This document shows, piece after piece, positions 44,043-61,014 of a stretch of 64,000 nt of DNA; positions within the stretch are counted from its first letter, which is position 1; each line of letters begins with the position of its first letter. The position numbers and the translations under genes were made by a program. Location of the stretch: positions 27,190,912 to 27,254,911 of the forward strand of contig NC_092675.1 in the NCBI RefSeq assembly GCF_964355755.1. The letters are read 5' to 3'. The notes beneath the pieces are model-generated. The model did not search any database and was not told the DNA's origin. It saw only the letters and a program-made list of their open reading frames with translations. Origin of the DNA: Antedon mediterranea (lineage: Eukaryota > Animalia > Echinodermata).

Positions 44043-44837
44043 GGGGTTCCGGCCCGTTTCTACCTTGTCTTTTGCACCGGCCATTTGCCACCCGACCATT
44101 ACCACCCGGCCTTTCGCCACCTTAGGCCTTTCGCCACCCGGTCAATTGCCACCCGGCCTGTTACCGCCTTAGGTATTTTATCACCTGACCTGTTGCCACC
44201 CGGCCTTTCGCCACCTTAGGTCTTTCGCCACCCGGCCGATTGCCACTCGGCCTGTTACCGCCTTAGGTATTTTACCACATAGCCTGTTGACACCCGGCCT
44301 TTCGTCACTTTAGGTCTTTCGCTACCCGGCCAATTGCCACCCGGCCTGTTACCGCCTTAGGTATTTTACCACCTGGCCTGTTGCCACCCGGCCTTTTGCC
44401 ACCCGGATATTAGATTTGTTTAAATTCCAAAACATTGTATACCACCGTTAGTTATAGACAGGTGGATCCCAGACGGTTAATGAATTGGCCCCTAGTCACA
44501 AATAATTGTACTGCAGAGGGCGGGGAAAATTATAAACCTTTATATTAGCCCAAAGACGCTACGCGCCTTTTGTGGCAATCACGCCAGTTTCCAGTACCCT
44601 CTCATAATTGTTCTTTAAAATTAAAAGCAGGTGGAAATGACCTAGCTAGCAACAGGCCTGGTGGCAACAGGCCGGGTGGTAATGGTCGGGTGGCAAATGG
44701 CCGGTGGTGGCAATTGACCGGGTGACGTGCCAAATGGCCTGATGTCAAAAGACCGGGTGGCAACAGACCTCGTAGCAAACTTTTGGGTGGCAACGGGCCG
44801 GATGACACAAGGCCAGGTGGCAACGGGCCTAGACCCC
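44043..44837. mobile_element. Foldback-type non-autonomous DNA transposon with inverted arrays of 15-16-bp (TTGCCACCCGGCC) units
   Basis: Ends GGGGTTCCGGCCCGTT / AACGGGCCTAGACCCC; array 44050-44406 on +, reverse array 44640-44830. Confidence 0.7.
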
Positions 44838-45292
44838 TTTAAGTATAAATAAACGAATTCCGTTATTGCAAAACAAAGTAGACTAAGCGGTCTTTTGAAT
44901 ATTGTTGTTGTCATGGCGGAGGAGAAAAGGGTGGTTGGAGCACGTGACCCTGTGGAGTTTTCGAATATGGATAGGCCTTTTGCCAGTCGTATACACATAT
45001 CTGGTATTTTAGTATCTATGCGGAAATGCTCATAAATTCATATTTATTTAGTTCTACACTAAAATGTAAAGGCCCTACTGCAAAATGAAAACGCACATTG
45101 GAATCATTGGGATATTAATAAAAACATTAATATTATTTTGTTAGAATAAATACGATTTGGAAATGGCAACGGCGGTCCTTAAATGGATAGACGGAGTTTT
45201 AACAGACACCAATATTGCTAGTTATAGTACACCTGGACCCGATGAATTACACGATCAGTTGAAAGATGGAATCATCCTTTGTCGGTTAGTAT

Positions 45293-45730
45293 TGTAGCAG
45301 ACCTACCACATAGCTTTTAAACAATTCAACATTTACTTTTAATTTGATTATTTATACATCCTCTATATATCTCTTTATTTAACCTCACATTGACAGGTTA
45401 CCTTCCTGTTACCTTCACTTTTCTAGCTAATGGATTTTAAGAATGTTAATGACTCTAACAGAAAACCACATTAATTCTCTTAATCCTAATTGGTCAGATG
45501 GGATGGGCCAAGCCCAATATTACCATGCACTGACCACATTATTAACACACTCTTTTCTCAACCAGCATCTTAGCTACACCGTTTATTGCTCTGTCTTATC
45601 AAATATTGTATATTGTATATTTTATCTATTTATTGAGAATCCTCACTTGATTCACTTGGAATAAATTGTATAGTTTACTGTATACATTTAGTAGTTGTTT
45701 TATTTTACCGTTGCGCCGACAATTACTAAA
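45293..45730 (+). repeat. 5' LTR
   Basis: TGTAGCAGACC...CAATTACTAAA, matches 49870-50307. Confidence 0.93.
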
Positions 45731-45770
45731 GTGGTGACCCTCGACTTTCTTATACCGAATTTAACTTAAA

Positions 45771-46703
45771 ATGGAAGGACAACAGCAACAACGACAGCTA
45801 CCGCAACCTCCAGCACAACCCCAGCACCAGGAACAACCTGTGGTGCCCGCTCCTGACGCAGCAACCGTCAACAGGCCAATTTCTTCGGTAGCGTTGAAAC
45901 TGCCTCCATACTGGCCCAATGATCCGATATTGTGGTTCACCCAAGTGGAAGCACAGTTCACAACGCGTGGGATTACAGTAGATGCTACAAAATACGCTTA
46001 CTTAGTCGGATCATTGCAACCTGAAATTGCGCAGGAAGTTCGGGATCTACTTCTCAACCCGCCTACTGATAACAGGTATGTGAACTTGAAAGATACCTTA
46101 ATACGTCGGACAACTGACTCCGACCAACAGCGCCTCCGCCAACTCCTGACGGCCGAGGAGTTGGGGGATAGGAAACCGTCGCAATTATACCGACGGATGT
46201 TACAACTCTTAGGCGACAGGCCACTTGAATCTTCAATTATGAAACAACTATTCTTAAGTCGCCTCCCAACTAATGTACAGCTTATCCTAGCTTCAACCAA
46301 GGATGAGTTGGACCTGGGAAGCTTGACATCATTGGCTGACAAAATTATTGAAGTATCTGTAACTGCAACTGCGCCAACAAGTGTATCGGCAGTACACACG
46401 GACAATACACCCTCCTTGTCTGCGACCCTTGAAAACCTGCAAAAACAGATTCAACAACTGTCGACGCAAGTTAATTCCTTGCAATCTGACCGACGGCACA
46501 ACAGATATCAAAGTCGCAGCACAAGTCGACATCGAAATCGATCGAGTGGTAGGCATTCATCTCCTGCTCAACCTAACAGTACCAATCGCTCAGCTCAACA
46601 TTCAAACAACACTCCTCAACTCTGTTGGTACCATGAAAAATTTGGAGTAAATGCTCGAAAATGCAATCCGCCGTGTTCGGAAAACTCCAACGCCGACAAC
46701 TAA
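45771..46703 (+). CDS. gag: Gag-like protein (310 aa)
   Basis: [30 protein letters not shown] and C-terminal [18 protein letters not shown] motifs typical of this gypsy lineage. Confidence 0.9.
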   Translation: MEGQQQQRQLPQPPAQPQHQEQPVVPAPDAATVNRPISSVALKLPPYWPNDPILWFTQVEAQFTTRGITVDATKYAYLVGSLQPEIAQEVRDLLLNPPTDNRYVNLKDTLIRRTTDSDQQRLRQLLTAEELGDRKPSQLYRRMLQLLGDRPLESSIMKQLFLSRLPTNVQLILASTKDELDLGSLTSLADKIIEVSVTATAPTSVSAVHTDNTPSLSATLENLQKQIQQLSTQVNSLQSDRRHNRYQSRSTSRHRNRSSGRHSSPAQPNSTNRSAQHSNNTPQLCWYHEKFGVNARKCNPPCSENSNADN

Positions 46704-49700
46704 ATGCGACGAATGTTGCTGGCCGTCAAATTGTAAGTCGCCTTTTCTTTATTGTTAATCAATTATCCAAACAACGTTTCCTCATAGACACTGGGGCAGA
46801 AGTTAGCGTTGTTCCACCTACTCGCCATGAGCGTCTACATAGGCGACAAGAGTCTACTTTGACTGCCGCAAATAATACATCTATCAACACTTATGGACAT
46901 CGCTCTGTAACCTTAGACTTAGGTTTGAGACGAACATCTCAATGGTTATTTGTTGTCGCAGACGTCACACACCCCATCATAGGGGCTGATTTTTTAAGAC
47001 ATTTTGGACTGTTAGTCGATATGAATAATCGACGACTCATTGACACTACCACCAACCTGAGTATTCAAGGTGTCGCCTCCAAAACTTCGCCTCTCGGTCT
47101 TATATTTACCACCCTTGAGGCTAAGTCCAACTGGGACTACATTCTTACAAAATTCCCAAACATTACACGCCCTTGTTATCAGGAAGCGTCGCTAAAACAC
47201 GATGTGACACATCATATTCAGACCCATGGTCCACCAATTTCGTCACATCCTCGACGGCTCGCACATGACCGCTGCAAAACAGCCAGACATGAATTTGAAC
47301 ACATGATGCAGCTTGGAATTATACGCCCCTCTAAAAGTAACTGGGCATCACCTTTACATATGGTGCCTAAGAAAACTCCTGGGGATTGGCGTCCCTGTGG
47401 GGATTATCGAGCATTGAACAATGCTACTGTTGCAGATCGGTATCCTATCCCGTATATGCACGATTTTACAGCATCTCTGCACGGATCCACTATATTTTCT
47501 AAGATTGATCTCGTCCGAGCTTACCATCAGATACCAGTTGAACCTGCTGATGTTCATAAAACAGCAATTACTACACCATTTGGACTTTTTGAATTTGTTA
47601 GAATGCCATTTGGCCTCCGCAATGCCGCTCAAACTTTTCAACGTTTTATTGATCAGGTAACGCGTGGATTGGATTTTTGCTACGCTTATATCGACGACCT
47701 GCTTGTTGCAAGTTCCAACGCCGAGGAACACGAAACTCATCTTCATCAACTATTCACACGTCTTAATGAGTATGGCGTTGTTCTCAACCCAGCGAAATGC
47801 CAATTTGGAGTTTCGTCACTCGAGTTTCTTGGACATCATGTTGATTCGCAAGGTGTCCGACCACTTCAAGTAAAGGTCGAAGCGATACAAAACTTTCCAC
47901 AACCAACTTCTTTACGCAAACTACGTGAATTCCTTGGACTTATTAACTTTTATAGGCGATTTATACCGCAGTGTGCCCAGATTTTACAACCTGTCACAGC
48001 TCTACTTGTTGGGGCAGGTAAGAAACAGGATCTGGTATGGACCGACGCAGCTTTATTGGGATTTAATAATATTAAAGTCGCCCTCGCAAGTGCTACACTT
48101 CTCACCCATCCGCAGCCAGATGCACCTTTAAGTATCATGGTTGACGCTTCGGATGTGGCCATAGGGGGTATACTACAACAATGCATTGACAACAATTGGC
48201 AACCTATTTCATTTTTCTCACAGAAGTTGAAACCAGCGCAGACGCGATACAGCACATTTGGTCGTGAACTTTTGGCGGCATACCTTTCAGTTAAACATTT
48301 TCGTCATTCACTTGAAGGACGCTCATTTCATATTTTTACTGACCATAAGCCACTTGTGTATGCTTTACTCGCCAAACCAAATCGTCACTCGCCACGCGAA
48401 ATCCGTCATCTCGATTTCATATCTCAATTCACAACGGACATACGCCATGTGAGTGGAAAAGCTAATGCAGCAGCTGATGCATTATCGCGAATCGAACTTA
48501 ATACTTTCAGTCACAACACAACTAACATTGTTGATTTTAGTCTTATTGCTGCTGCACAAAAGAATGACGATGAATTGCACAAGCTACTTGAATCACCGTT
48601 TTCACTACAATTTCAAAACTTTCCAATTCCAACTTCTGACTCTACAATTCTTTGTGATATTTCCAAAGGCAATCCACGTCCATATATCCCACAAGAATTC
48701 AGACGCATAATATTTGACACTCTACATTCGCTATCACATCCTGGTATACGAGCAACACAACGTTTAATTACTGACCGTTTCGTATGGCCAGCAATCAATC
48801 GTGATGTACGACGATGGTCTCAAACATGCATTCAATGTCAACGTTCCAAAGTACACCGGCACACCGTTTCGCCACTCTCTACTTTTTCTACACCTGACGC
48901 CCGTTTTGACCATGTACATATAGATATTGTTGGACCTCTCCCTCCGTCAAATGGTTTTTCTTATTTACTCACTTTTATCGATCGTTTTACTCGATGGCCC
49001 GAAGCCGTACCTATTCCGGATATCACAGCCGATACTGTCGCACACGCATTTGTCAATCGATGGATCGCTTCATTCGGAATACCTTCAACCATTACAACAG
49101 ATCGAGGAAGACAATTTGAATCTGCATTATTTCATTCACTCGCCAACTTACTAGGAACTAAGCACATTCATACAACTGCCTACCATCCTATTGCGAACGG
49201 ACTTGTAGAACGTTTTCATCGACATTTGAAGGGTTCTCTCAAAGCACATAATGATCACACTAAATGGACAGAACATTTACCTATAGTACTTTTAGGCATT
49301 CGTACAGCCCTTAAGGCTGATCTAGGTCATAGTGCAGCTGAACTTGTTTATGGCACTACTTTAAGATTACCTGGACAATTCTTTAATTCAAACTCTGAAC
49401 ATTGTGATTATTCTAATTATATTGATAGATTGCGTGATAATATGAGTAAACTACGTCCCACACCTACCCGCACCAACTCTAACCGTAAATCCTATATCAA
49501 TCAAGAAATATTTAATTGTACCCATGTTTTTGTGCGAAGGGACTCTGTTCGAAAACCCTTACAACGTCCATATGATGGTCCATTTAAGGTATTAAGTCGA
49601 ACAGACAAACACTTTGTTCTCGATCTAAATGGTCGACAGGACACAGTCAGTATTGATCGCTTAAAGGTAGCTCATTTGGATACTGATATATTTAAAAGCC

Positions 49701-49846
49701 AAGAGCAAACCCTCACTCCCAAGCTACAAGCATCACCCCTAGTCAAACCAACCAACCCGTCACCCATTTTGGCAACCCCTCCCCGTACTACTCGTTCTGG
49801 TAGACATGTTCATTTCCCTCAACGTTTTGTCTCGTTCTATCATTAA
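46661..49846 (+). CDS. pol: Pol polyprotein PR-RT-RNaseH-IN, likely reached by a -1 frameshift from gag
   Basis: LIDTGA protease, YIDD RT, DAS..RELLA..TDHKPL RNase H, HHCC plus HIDIVG/TTDRG/VERFHR integrase, GPF motif; no stops in 1061 codons. Confidence 0.96.
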   Translation: MQSAVFGKLQRRQLNATNVAGRQIVSRLFFIVNQLSKQRFLIDTGAEVSVVPPTRHERLHRRQESTLTAANNTSINTYGHRSVTLDLGLRRTSQWLFVVADVTHPIIGADFLRHFGLLVDMNNRRLIDTTTNLSIQGVASKTSPLGLIFTTLEAKSNWDYILTKFPNITRPCYQEASLKHDVTHHIQTHGPPISSHPRRLAHDRCKTARHEFEHMMQLGIIRPSKSNWASPLHMVPKKTPGDWRPCGDYRALNNATVADRYPIPYMHDFTASLHGSTIFSKIDLVRAYHQIPVEPADVHKTAITTPFGLFEFVRMPFGLRNAAQTFQRFIDQVTRGLDFCYAYIDDLLVASSNAEEHETHLHQLFTRLNEYGVVLNPAKCQFGVSSLEFLGHHVDSQGVRPLQVKVEAIQNFPQPTSLRKLREFLGLINFYRRFIPQCAQILQPVTALLVGAGKKQDLVWTDAALLGFNNIKVALASATLLTHPQPDAPLSIMVDASDVAIGGILQQCIDNNWQPISFFSQKLKPAQTRYSTFGRELLAAYLSVKHFRHSLEGRSFHIFTDHKPLVYALLAKPNRHSPREIRHLDFISQFTTDIRHVSGKANAAADALSRIELNTFSHNTTNIVDFSLIAAAQKNDDELHKLLESPFSLQFQNFPIPTSDSTILCDISKGNPRPYIPQEFRRIIFDTLHSLSHPGIRATQRLITDRFVWPAINRDVRRWSQTCIQCQRSKVHRHTVSPLSTFSTPDARFDHVHIDIVGPLPPSNGFSYLLTFIDRFTRWPEAVPIPDITADTVAHAFVNRWIASFGIPSTITTDRGRQFESALFHSLANLLGTKHIHTTAYHPIANGLVERFHRHLKGSLKAHNDHTKWTEHLPIVLLGIRTALKADLGHSAAELVYGTTLRLPGQFFNSNSEHCDYSNYIDRLRDNMSKLRPTPTRTNSNRKSYINQEIFNCTHVFVRRDSVRKPLQRPYDGPFKVLSRTDKHFVLDLNGRQDTVSIDRLKVAHLDTDIFKSQEQTLTPKLQASPLVKPTNPSPILATPPRTTRSGRHVHFPQRFVSFYH

Positions 49847-49869
49847 TTCTTTCACTGGAAGGGGGCTCC

Positions 49870-50307
49870 TGTAGCAGACCTACCACATAGCTTTTAAACA
49901 ATTCAACATTTACTTTTAATTTGATTATTTATACATCCTCTATATATCTCTTTATTTAACCTCACATTGACAGGTTACCTTCCTGTTACCTTCACTTTTC
50001 TAGCTAATGGATTTTAAGAATGTTAATGACTCTAACAGAAAACCACATTAATTCTCTTAATCCTAATTGGTCAGATGGGATGGGCCAAGCCCAATATTAC
50101 CATGCACTGACCACATTATTAACACACTCTTTTCTCAACCAGCATCTTAGCTACACCGTTTATTGCTCTGTCTTATCAAATATTGTATATTGTATATTTT
50201 ATCTATTTATTGAGAATCCTCACTTGATTCACTTGGAATAAATTGTATAGTTTACTGTATACATTTAGTAGTTGTTTTATTTTACCGTTGCGCCGACAAT
50301 TACTAAA
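49870..50307 (+). repeat. 3' LTR
   Basis: Copy of 45293-45730, preceded by the PPT. Confidence 0.93.
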
Positions 50308-52551
50308 GTATCATTAAGACCTGAGAAGATCCTTAAAATGTTTTATACGTTTACTGTATTTATTCCTAAAGGGCTACTATTTTATAGGTTTTTTAATTTG
50401 TCTTTTCAGACTCATGAACTCATTGGAGCCTGAAAGTATTAAAAATGTTAACAAAGGAAAAGCTGCTTTTGCAATGGTCAGTTTCCATGGACAAATGATG
50501 ACCTCTCTGTGAGGATTTTGGGTCTGATAATACTGTACATTGTTACCAACTTGAACACGAACCCACCCTTGTCACTCACAAGCGCGTTCATTTATAAATC
50601 CATTTTCTCTTTATTTTTTATTAAAGGCCTCTGGGCCTTTTCAATTTCCGGTTTTTGGTAAAATTTAATATTTAAAGAAAATAAATATTTTGTTTTTTTG
50701 TTTGTTTGAATTGGATAAAACTTCAGAAATCTGCATATTGAACTTGTTTTCTACTAACAACAAATATATAAAAAAAAAATATATATATATACATTCCTGA
50801 AAGGGCTTTTTTTATATGTCGGTCATAAATAATATGCTAAAAAGATTGGCTCTCTCTCCGTTCGCAACCTGTGACGTATTTCTGCGTCTGTTTTCCTGTC
50901 GATCGTATAAGCCTAAGTTGCGTTGATCAGTTGCGTTAAGTTGCGTTGAGTTTAAAATCGTTAACGATTAACAGCAAAAAAAGGTAAAAATCAACGTTAA
51001 AAGTCGTTACGTGTCATATCACCCATTACAATTATTACATAATTTCGTTAAATTCTTTACTTTTTGTTAAAAGATGGAAAACATAGGTTACTTCAATGAA
51101 CAATGTACAATATGGAGTCCAACCAGACTATCTCTTCGTAACAACATACCTCTTTGAGCGTCAAAATATGTCCCAGGTAAGATTCCTTATATTTCAAAAG
51201 TATATAGAATGAAAATCAGATATTCTAATTTCCTCGGAAATACTTCCACGTTGTTTTAAGTGGATAATAGGAGTATAAGCCCAATGTATCAATACTTATT
51301 CATTATGAATAATATGCGGGATACTATGGCTTTGTATTAATATTTTAACCACTACATCTCCACCTAAATATCCCGATATTTATCATAACAGTTTTTTAAA
51401 CTCTAGGTTCTCATCTGTTTACGAGCACTGGGGACACTTGCCTCCAAACGTGGTGTCAAGCCGGCTATTATTTGGAGAAGGCCCGTAATAATCGCTATAC
51501 TGTTACACGTACCTGCAAATGATTGAATGGCAACAACAATTATTGCTTATTACGACCCGCCACTGAAGGCGTCTTCATTTTTCTGCCAATGTTGTATTGT
51601 TGATTTCCGAAGTCATTCCTGTTATTCTCGTAAAGGCCTAATTCTTGATAAGTATACTGCATTAAAGTTTTTAAAATGTCTATATCTATTTCTATTTAAA
51701 TTTTCCTAATAAAAACAGTTTCTGATATTTTGTCGCTTAGTACTATACTGTTATGAGTGAATGGCGTTGGGGAATAAAATTATGATTATGTCGCTGCTGA
51801 AAAGCGTTGACGTTGACGTTGCTTTGGCAAAATATTTCAACTTGAGGGCGCTATGATTTCACAAAATGCAGAGCCATAATTAATATAGAGTTACAACATT
51901 GGATTAAAGTCATGTAATATGCAGATCAAATTGTGTAAACATTGTCTGTATAGGAGCAAAAAAACACTGTGAACATTTTCTAATATTATAAATGAAAGCA
52001 CTCAAAAACTGATTGAAGTACTTGGCAATATATATCCACAGAGAGGGAGAATGGTGAAAGACACATTTTTAGTCGCGTGGAAGCGACTCTATAGTTCACT
52101 ATGTCTGTCGGTCTGTCGGTCTGTCGGTGCGGTATCACTATGCGTTTTATCGCTTTCTGACCTTATCTTGATATCAGTTTAATCTAGCTAAGTCAATTGT
52201 TCACAGTATATTCCTTATGGCCAGGAATCGATGTGGTTATGTTTTCACGGTGCGCAATAAAAAATTACGCGGTCAACGCACGATTTAACGAAATCACGTT
52301 TGTAATCATATCTTCACAACCATGAATCACAATTAAATAAAATTTGGTACTCATAAATTTCAGGGCATAAATCATCATATGGCAATAAAATTACGTGCGT
52401 AGCGCATGTAACGCATGCGTACGCGCGCTTAAAATTTTCAAAATTTATTTTCGATGAAATAAGAGTACGTTTCAGGCAATTTTAAGCGTTTACAAAATTG
52501 CCATGAATGCGCAGATTTTTGCGCACGCACTGCGCGTTAAATGTTATTGCG

Positions 52552-54251
<1,700 letters not shown>

Positions 54252-54434
54252 CTTCTGTTTTACATACAGAATCTATAATAGCCAATCAAATACTGAGCTT
54301 GCAGGTGTCGTCATATACTTGTTAAGTGACAGAAACAACAAAAGCTGGTAAAAAGACTATTAGTAGAGGCTAACAGTAGCATAGTAACATTATAATTATA
54401 TTGTAATTGTTATTACAACCAAGCAAAACTAACC

Positions 54435-56610
<2,176 letters not shown>

Positions 56611-57506
56611 TTTAAATGATAAAATACTAGAGTAGCTTTCAAATACTGTAAATCGTTGTAATGTTTTTATTTTACTAAATGATTTCAAATTAACATTATA
56701 GGTTTATTCTGGGCCGGTGGATGATAATAACGTAATACGTGCACATTGTAGGACAAATGATTAAATTTATGTTTTGGGTGATTCAGAAAAATTATTTAGA
56801 AATTATGTAGTTTCTCATATTTCCATCATGTATTTTGATAATTATGTGGGTCTATGGCACGATGTACGTGCATATGAGATTTTAGATTAAGTAGCCCAGC
56901 TGACGCTTGTCCTCCTGATGTGTGGCATGATGATAAAACGAATAAAAAATAACTGAACAGCTAATTATGTGACTTCTGATTTGAAATTCGGGGATTATTG
57001 GATAATTATGTTAATCAACATTGAACCAGAATTACCAACAAAACTAACAATTTGTTTAGCTCAAGGCTTATCTTTCATCTAAACCTGCTTTACATTCAAA
57101 TTAACTTATTGTGATTGGATTTAGTCCTTTGACCATGTCCTATATTTTTCATTTAAATGCATTCTGATTACCTCTAACAATGGGACGTGACCTATACGAT
57201 TATAGATAATCCAGAAAGAAGAGTCCTTTGACCTGTTCTATATTTTTCATTTAAATGCATTCTGATTACCTCTAACAATGGGACGTGACCTATACGATTA
57301 TAGATAGTCCAGAAAGAAGATTATATCTCCCTGTTTAATCTATTTTCAATGATTGATCGTGACTATAAAACATTTTTATATTGCCTTGTTGAACACTGCT
57401 ACACTAGTTGGGTAAAACAAGACTAAAAGCAGTTTAGTTGCCTACAAATTAACCAACCTACTGCGCCTTGGGACTGCTGAGATAACTGCAAATGTAAGAA
57501 ACATGT

Positions 57507-58140
57507 AACTAGAAAGCCACTCCGAGAGTGCATACCTCCGCCTACTGTAAAATTCTCCTACATAAGATTTCTCCGGTAAAAAAAAAATATATATATATAT
57601 ATTTGTGTGTGTCTTAATGCTGTTTGTGATTTAGGCTAATTTCACTACAAGCATGTGTATGCGAGTTTGGTGTAATGGTTATGTAACAAGCCTTTCAATT
57701 AACAATAGCTTCAGTTGATTAACAATAAAACAGCAACGCGAAAATCAAACGAGTGAATTTGAAAAGAAATAGGTTTTTTAAACTACTCGCATCAAAAAAC
57801 GTCCACATTAAATCAAATTATGTTTTAAAATTACAAATCACAAATTATAACTCTTGCCTCTTGTACAAAAATGAAGTTTTTTGGACAAGTAATTCTCGAG
57901 AAAATGCAATTTCAGTTTACTTGTTACTTTAAGATTGCTCGCCGGCTTTTGAAAAATTCTGTCCTATCTTTTAACACTATAGCAGGTCTGAAAAGTATAC
58001 TAAAAAGTGGTCCAGAATTAGGACCACGGTCCCAAATGGTCCCTAAATTTAATGGAATGGTCCTTGACCACATATCTATCATTTTGATAAAGATCTTGTA
58101 ATTACTTTTTGAGTAAACCTGCTAACATAACAAACGATGT
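57507..58140 (-). mobile_element. Truncated HINE-like element related to 2953-3509
   Basis: Shared end AACTAG..ACTCCGAGAGT..ACCTCCGCCTACTGTAAAATT and internal TGGTGTAATGGTTATGTA. Confidence 0.6.
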
Positions 58141-58270
58141 AACAACGCAACTGTTGAGTGTAGACGTGTTGTAAAACCGCTCCCGTCCTCCTCCTCGGCG
58201 CCAAGCTAGTTTTTATTATTTTTCAGAGTTATTTAAGCTTATTTAAGCTTTGGAAATTTATGAAGACAAA

Positions 58271-59114
58271 ATGAATAACAAAAAGGATAAAAAGCCTGAA
58301 AGAAAGTATCAAAGAAATAAAGAAGTAGAAGAAACAACTAATACTACCACTGGAATTGGGAGATAAAGGTGAACAAATATTATGCAAATTAAGTAAGCTG
58401 GACAACATAGAAGACCTTTTACAAGGTATTGCAACCAGGTTGTCTACTATAGAAGAAAAACAAAAGCAATTGGAAAAGGATCAGAATGAAATCAAGGACA
58501 TTACTAACCAACTCGAGGCAGGAGTTAACACTTTAATAAGCGATCTAGATGAAACTAAAAGTAAAGTTGAAAATTGTGTCAACAAGATACACTACTGAAG
58601 CTAGAAAAAAGGTAGATGATTTGGAAAACAGATCTAGGCGAAATAATATTATTCTATGGGGTTTGAGTGAAGGCTTGGAAAACTCTTTGGACTGTACTGA
58701 AGTATTTTTAGATATAGTTAAATCGCTTTTAAAAATTGATGAAGAAATAGAAGTTAACGAGCGCATCGTAGCCACATGGGAAAATTAGCCTCTGCTGCAG
58801 CCGCTACCAGATCATCGCCACGCCCTATACATGTAAAACTCTTTCGGTACACGGACAGGGAACTAGTTCTTCGCTCAGCGCCGAAAGCATTGAAAGGTAA
58901 ATATTACCATGAAAACACGTTGTTTATTACCGTATCCGCTTCAGTTAAGGCGGATAGGGCAAAACTAAGAGCTGATTTAATTAAAATACGAAAAAGAGGA
59001 CAGTTTGCTATAATCTCATTTAGGCCTACTGTTCCAGCATACATGTTAATAAAGGGTACCGATGGTAAACTAAAGAGAGTGTACCCTAATGAAGTAAGTG
59101 AGACCAAGAAGTAG
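58271..59114 (+). pseudogene. Frameshifted LINE ORF1p-like sequence (coiled coil plus RRM, L1/Transposase_22 type)
   Basis: Coiled-coil heptads, then DDLENRSRRNNIILWGLSEG and PRPIHVKLFRYTDRELVL across three frames. Confidence 0.75.
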
Positions 59115-59526
59115 ACTTAACATATACTGTACTGAGATTAATTTTTGTTGGCGTTGAGAGGACTACCGTGTTTCCACTCTTTGTATAGAAGAAGAAATAA
59201 ACTATTTTTTTTCTTTTAATGACGTTTTTGAAAAAATGTATTTGTGTATTTATTTTAGTCTTTATTTCAGTTGAGCTTACGTTACTTTAGTTAGTTATGC
59301 CAGTAACCTGGTGGTATGCAGGATTTTATAGATTCCTATCTTGAAGAAAACCTTTACATTAATTTAAATATAATAATAAAAGTGTGAAAAATGCAGTAAC
59401 ACCGTCTGCATTTAATGCGTCTTACAGCACTGTGTCTTCAAGTCTGATGTATATATAGTACTGAACTGAGTCTTAAAGAGCTAGTGTCAGTATCTATATT
59501 TTCAAAGTATCAACAATTTCAAAACC

Positions 59527-59820
59527 TTAAAGATGTATTTTGCCCCTGAAATGTTTTGTTTGTTTTGAATATGCCATTTTAATGTCACATAATAATTATC
59601 CACTTTGACCAAAATTGAATCGGAAAAAATTTAAAATTGAAATTTAATTTAAAGCAAACAATGGTCAAATTTATTTCATTTATTTTTTGTCATTTTATAA
59701 GTGAAAACATTTTTTTTTTTGCTACGTAAGTGATTAACTTTAAAACTACAAAATAACATATTCAAAGTCTGATTTAATTAATCTTAATTGTTCATGTTTG
59801 TGAGGGACAATACACCTTTA
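59527..59820. mobile_element. Kolobok-like MITE (related copies in calponin intron 4 at about 52908-53235 and 55952-56272, and at 1-105)
   Basis: TTAA-AGATGTATT..CCC ... GGGACAATACACCT-TTAA. Confidence 0.6.
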
Positions 59821-59993
59821 ACTAGCCCTTTCTTCCTGTATGATAGGATACGTTAGGCAGATTCAGTGCACATCTTTAGTTTATAAGCATAAAATCCCAG
59901 TTTTTGAATGTCACAGTTACTGATGATATTCGACTACAGTCACTAGATACACTAGATTTTATACCGTACTTTTCGAATTGATGTTTTTCTCAG

Positions 59994-60810
59994 AGTCATA
60001 AACACTTTACAACCAGGAAGTGTAAAAGTTTACGAAACCAAAATGGCTTTTAAAATGGTGAGTTTTCTATGTATTTCAAAATAAGTAATTATACAAAGTA
60101 GAACCTTATCAACAACTAAAACCATGTGTCTACTATAAAATAAAATTGGTGAAAACGCCATACATTTCTTTACAAAATACTGAACACGATTCGAAATTAT
60201 AATTTCTGGAAAATGTTTGCTCTTCTATCTTCGGAACTTTTCGAGAGCTTCATTTTTAATGTGTGTTCGTAATCTAATTCCATTATTAAATCATTGCAGT
60301 AAAAGGTTTGTTTTTGTATGTTCTTTTTTAAAGATGAACAACAACAACAGAAGCATGTGGGAGGTATGGAGTTGCAAAGATAGATTTGTTCCAGACAGTA
60401 GACCTCTATGAGAATCAAAATATGGCCCAGGTAAGATTAGACATACGTTTTCAATATATAGATTTCTAAGACATGAATCGGATTGTCCAGTTGTTGTAGT
60501 TTTTGTTACGTAAACACAAACACCTTAAACGATAATAACCAAGACTGTAATGTGAATTGTAGCATTAACACTGTGTACTAAGACCATGAGAAATTTTTAA
60601 AAGCATTTTGATACAGTATTGTGTTTAGAAACTGCAATTACTCCTATAAACAACGCAAAAATTAATAAACTACAATTGCTTTTATAGGTTGTCAACGGTA
60701 TACTAGCACTTTCAAGATGTGGATCCGAAGAGGCTGTAGAGAAAAGCACCTCGCAGTCTGCACGAAATCTTTATGGATTTTAGTAGACAAACAGAAAAAA
60801 AAAGAAACTT
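59994..60810 (+). pseudogene. Decayed calponin/transgelin copy C (exon 3 59994-60057, frameshifted exon 4 60334-60430, internally deleted exon 5 from 60688)
   Basis: VINTLQPGSVKVYETKMAFKM; YGVAKIDLFQTVDLYENQNMAQ out of frame; VVNGILALSR. Confidence 0.8.
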
Positions 60811-61014
60811 TATATGGAAAAATAGAGTACATGGAAAATAAAATCATCATTAAATCATTAAAACATTTATTATTACAATATATATTATTAGTTATTATTA
60901 TTAAAACATACATCAATTACATCATATGGCTTTTTTTATTAGTTAAAAATAATAATTCCGATTTAAAAAACCACTCTAACATCAAAATTTACCCAAACAT
61001 TGTTATGTGAAGAA

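Larger units (their letters stand above)
45293..50307 (+). mobile_element. Full-length Ty3/Gypsy LTR retrotransposon in intron 2 of calponin copy A
   Basis: Two apparently identical 438-bp LTRs, TSD GTAT (or AGTAT), PBS TGGTGACCC (tRNA-Trp-like), PPT GGAAGGGGG at ~49857-49865, intact gag and pol. Confidence 0.97.
43920..51526 (+). pseudogene. Calponin/transgelin-family copy A, exons 43920-43971, 45145-45284, 50410-50476, 51074-51176, 51407-~51526; frameshifts in exons 1 and 4
   Basis: MAERPK start; CH domain motif LHDQLKDGIILCR|LMNSLEPESIK; exon 1 is 52 nt (51 in copy B) with an in-frame TGA; exon 4 is 103 nt (105 in copy B). Confidence 0.75.

Noticed and set aside
44050-44998. Pro/Arg-rich ORFs 44602-44823 and 44642-44998
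   Set aside because: Translation artefacts of the 15-bp repeat array
45443-45664. Identical 73-aa ORFs at 45443 and 50020
   Set aside because: They lie within the two LTRs; no protein features
47354-49154. Alternative-frame and antisense ORFs within pol
   Set aside because: Short, motif-free shadows of the long pol ORF
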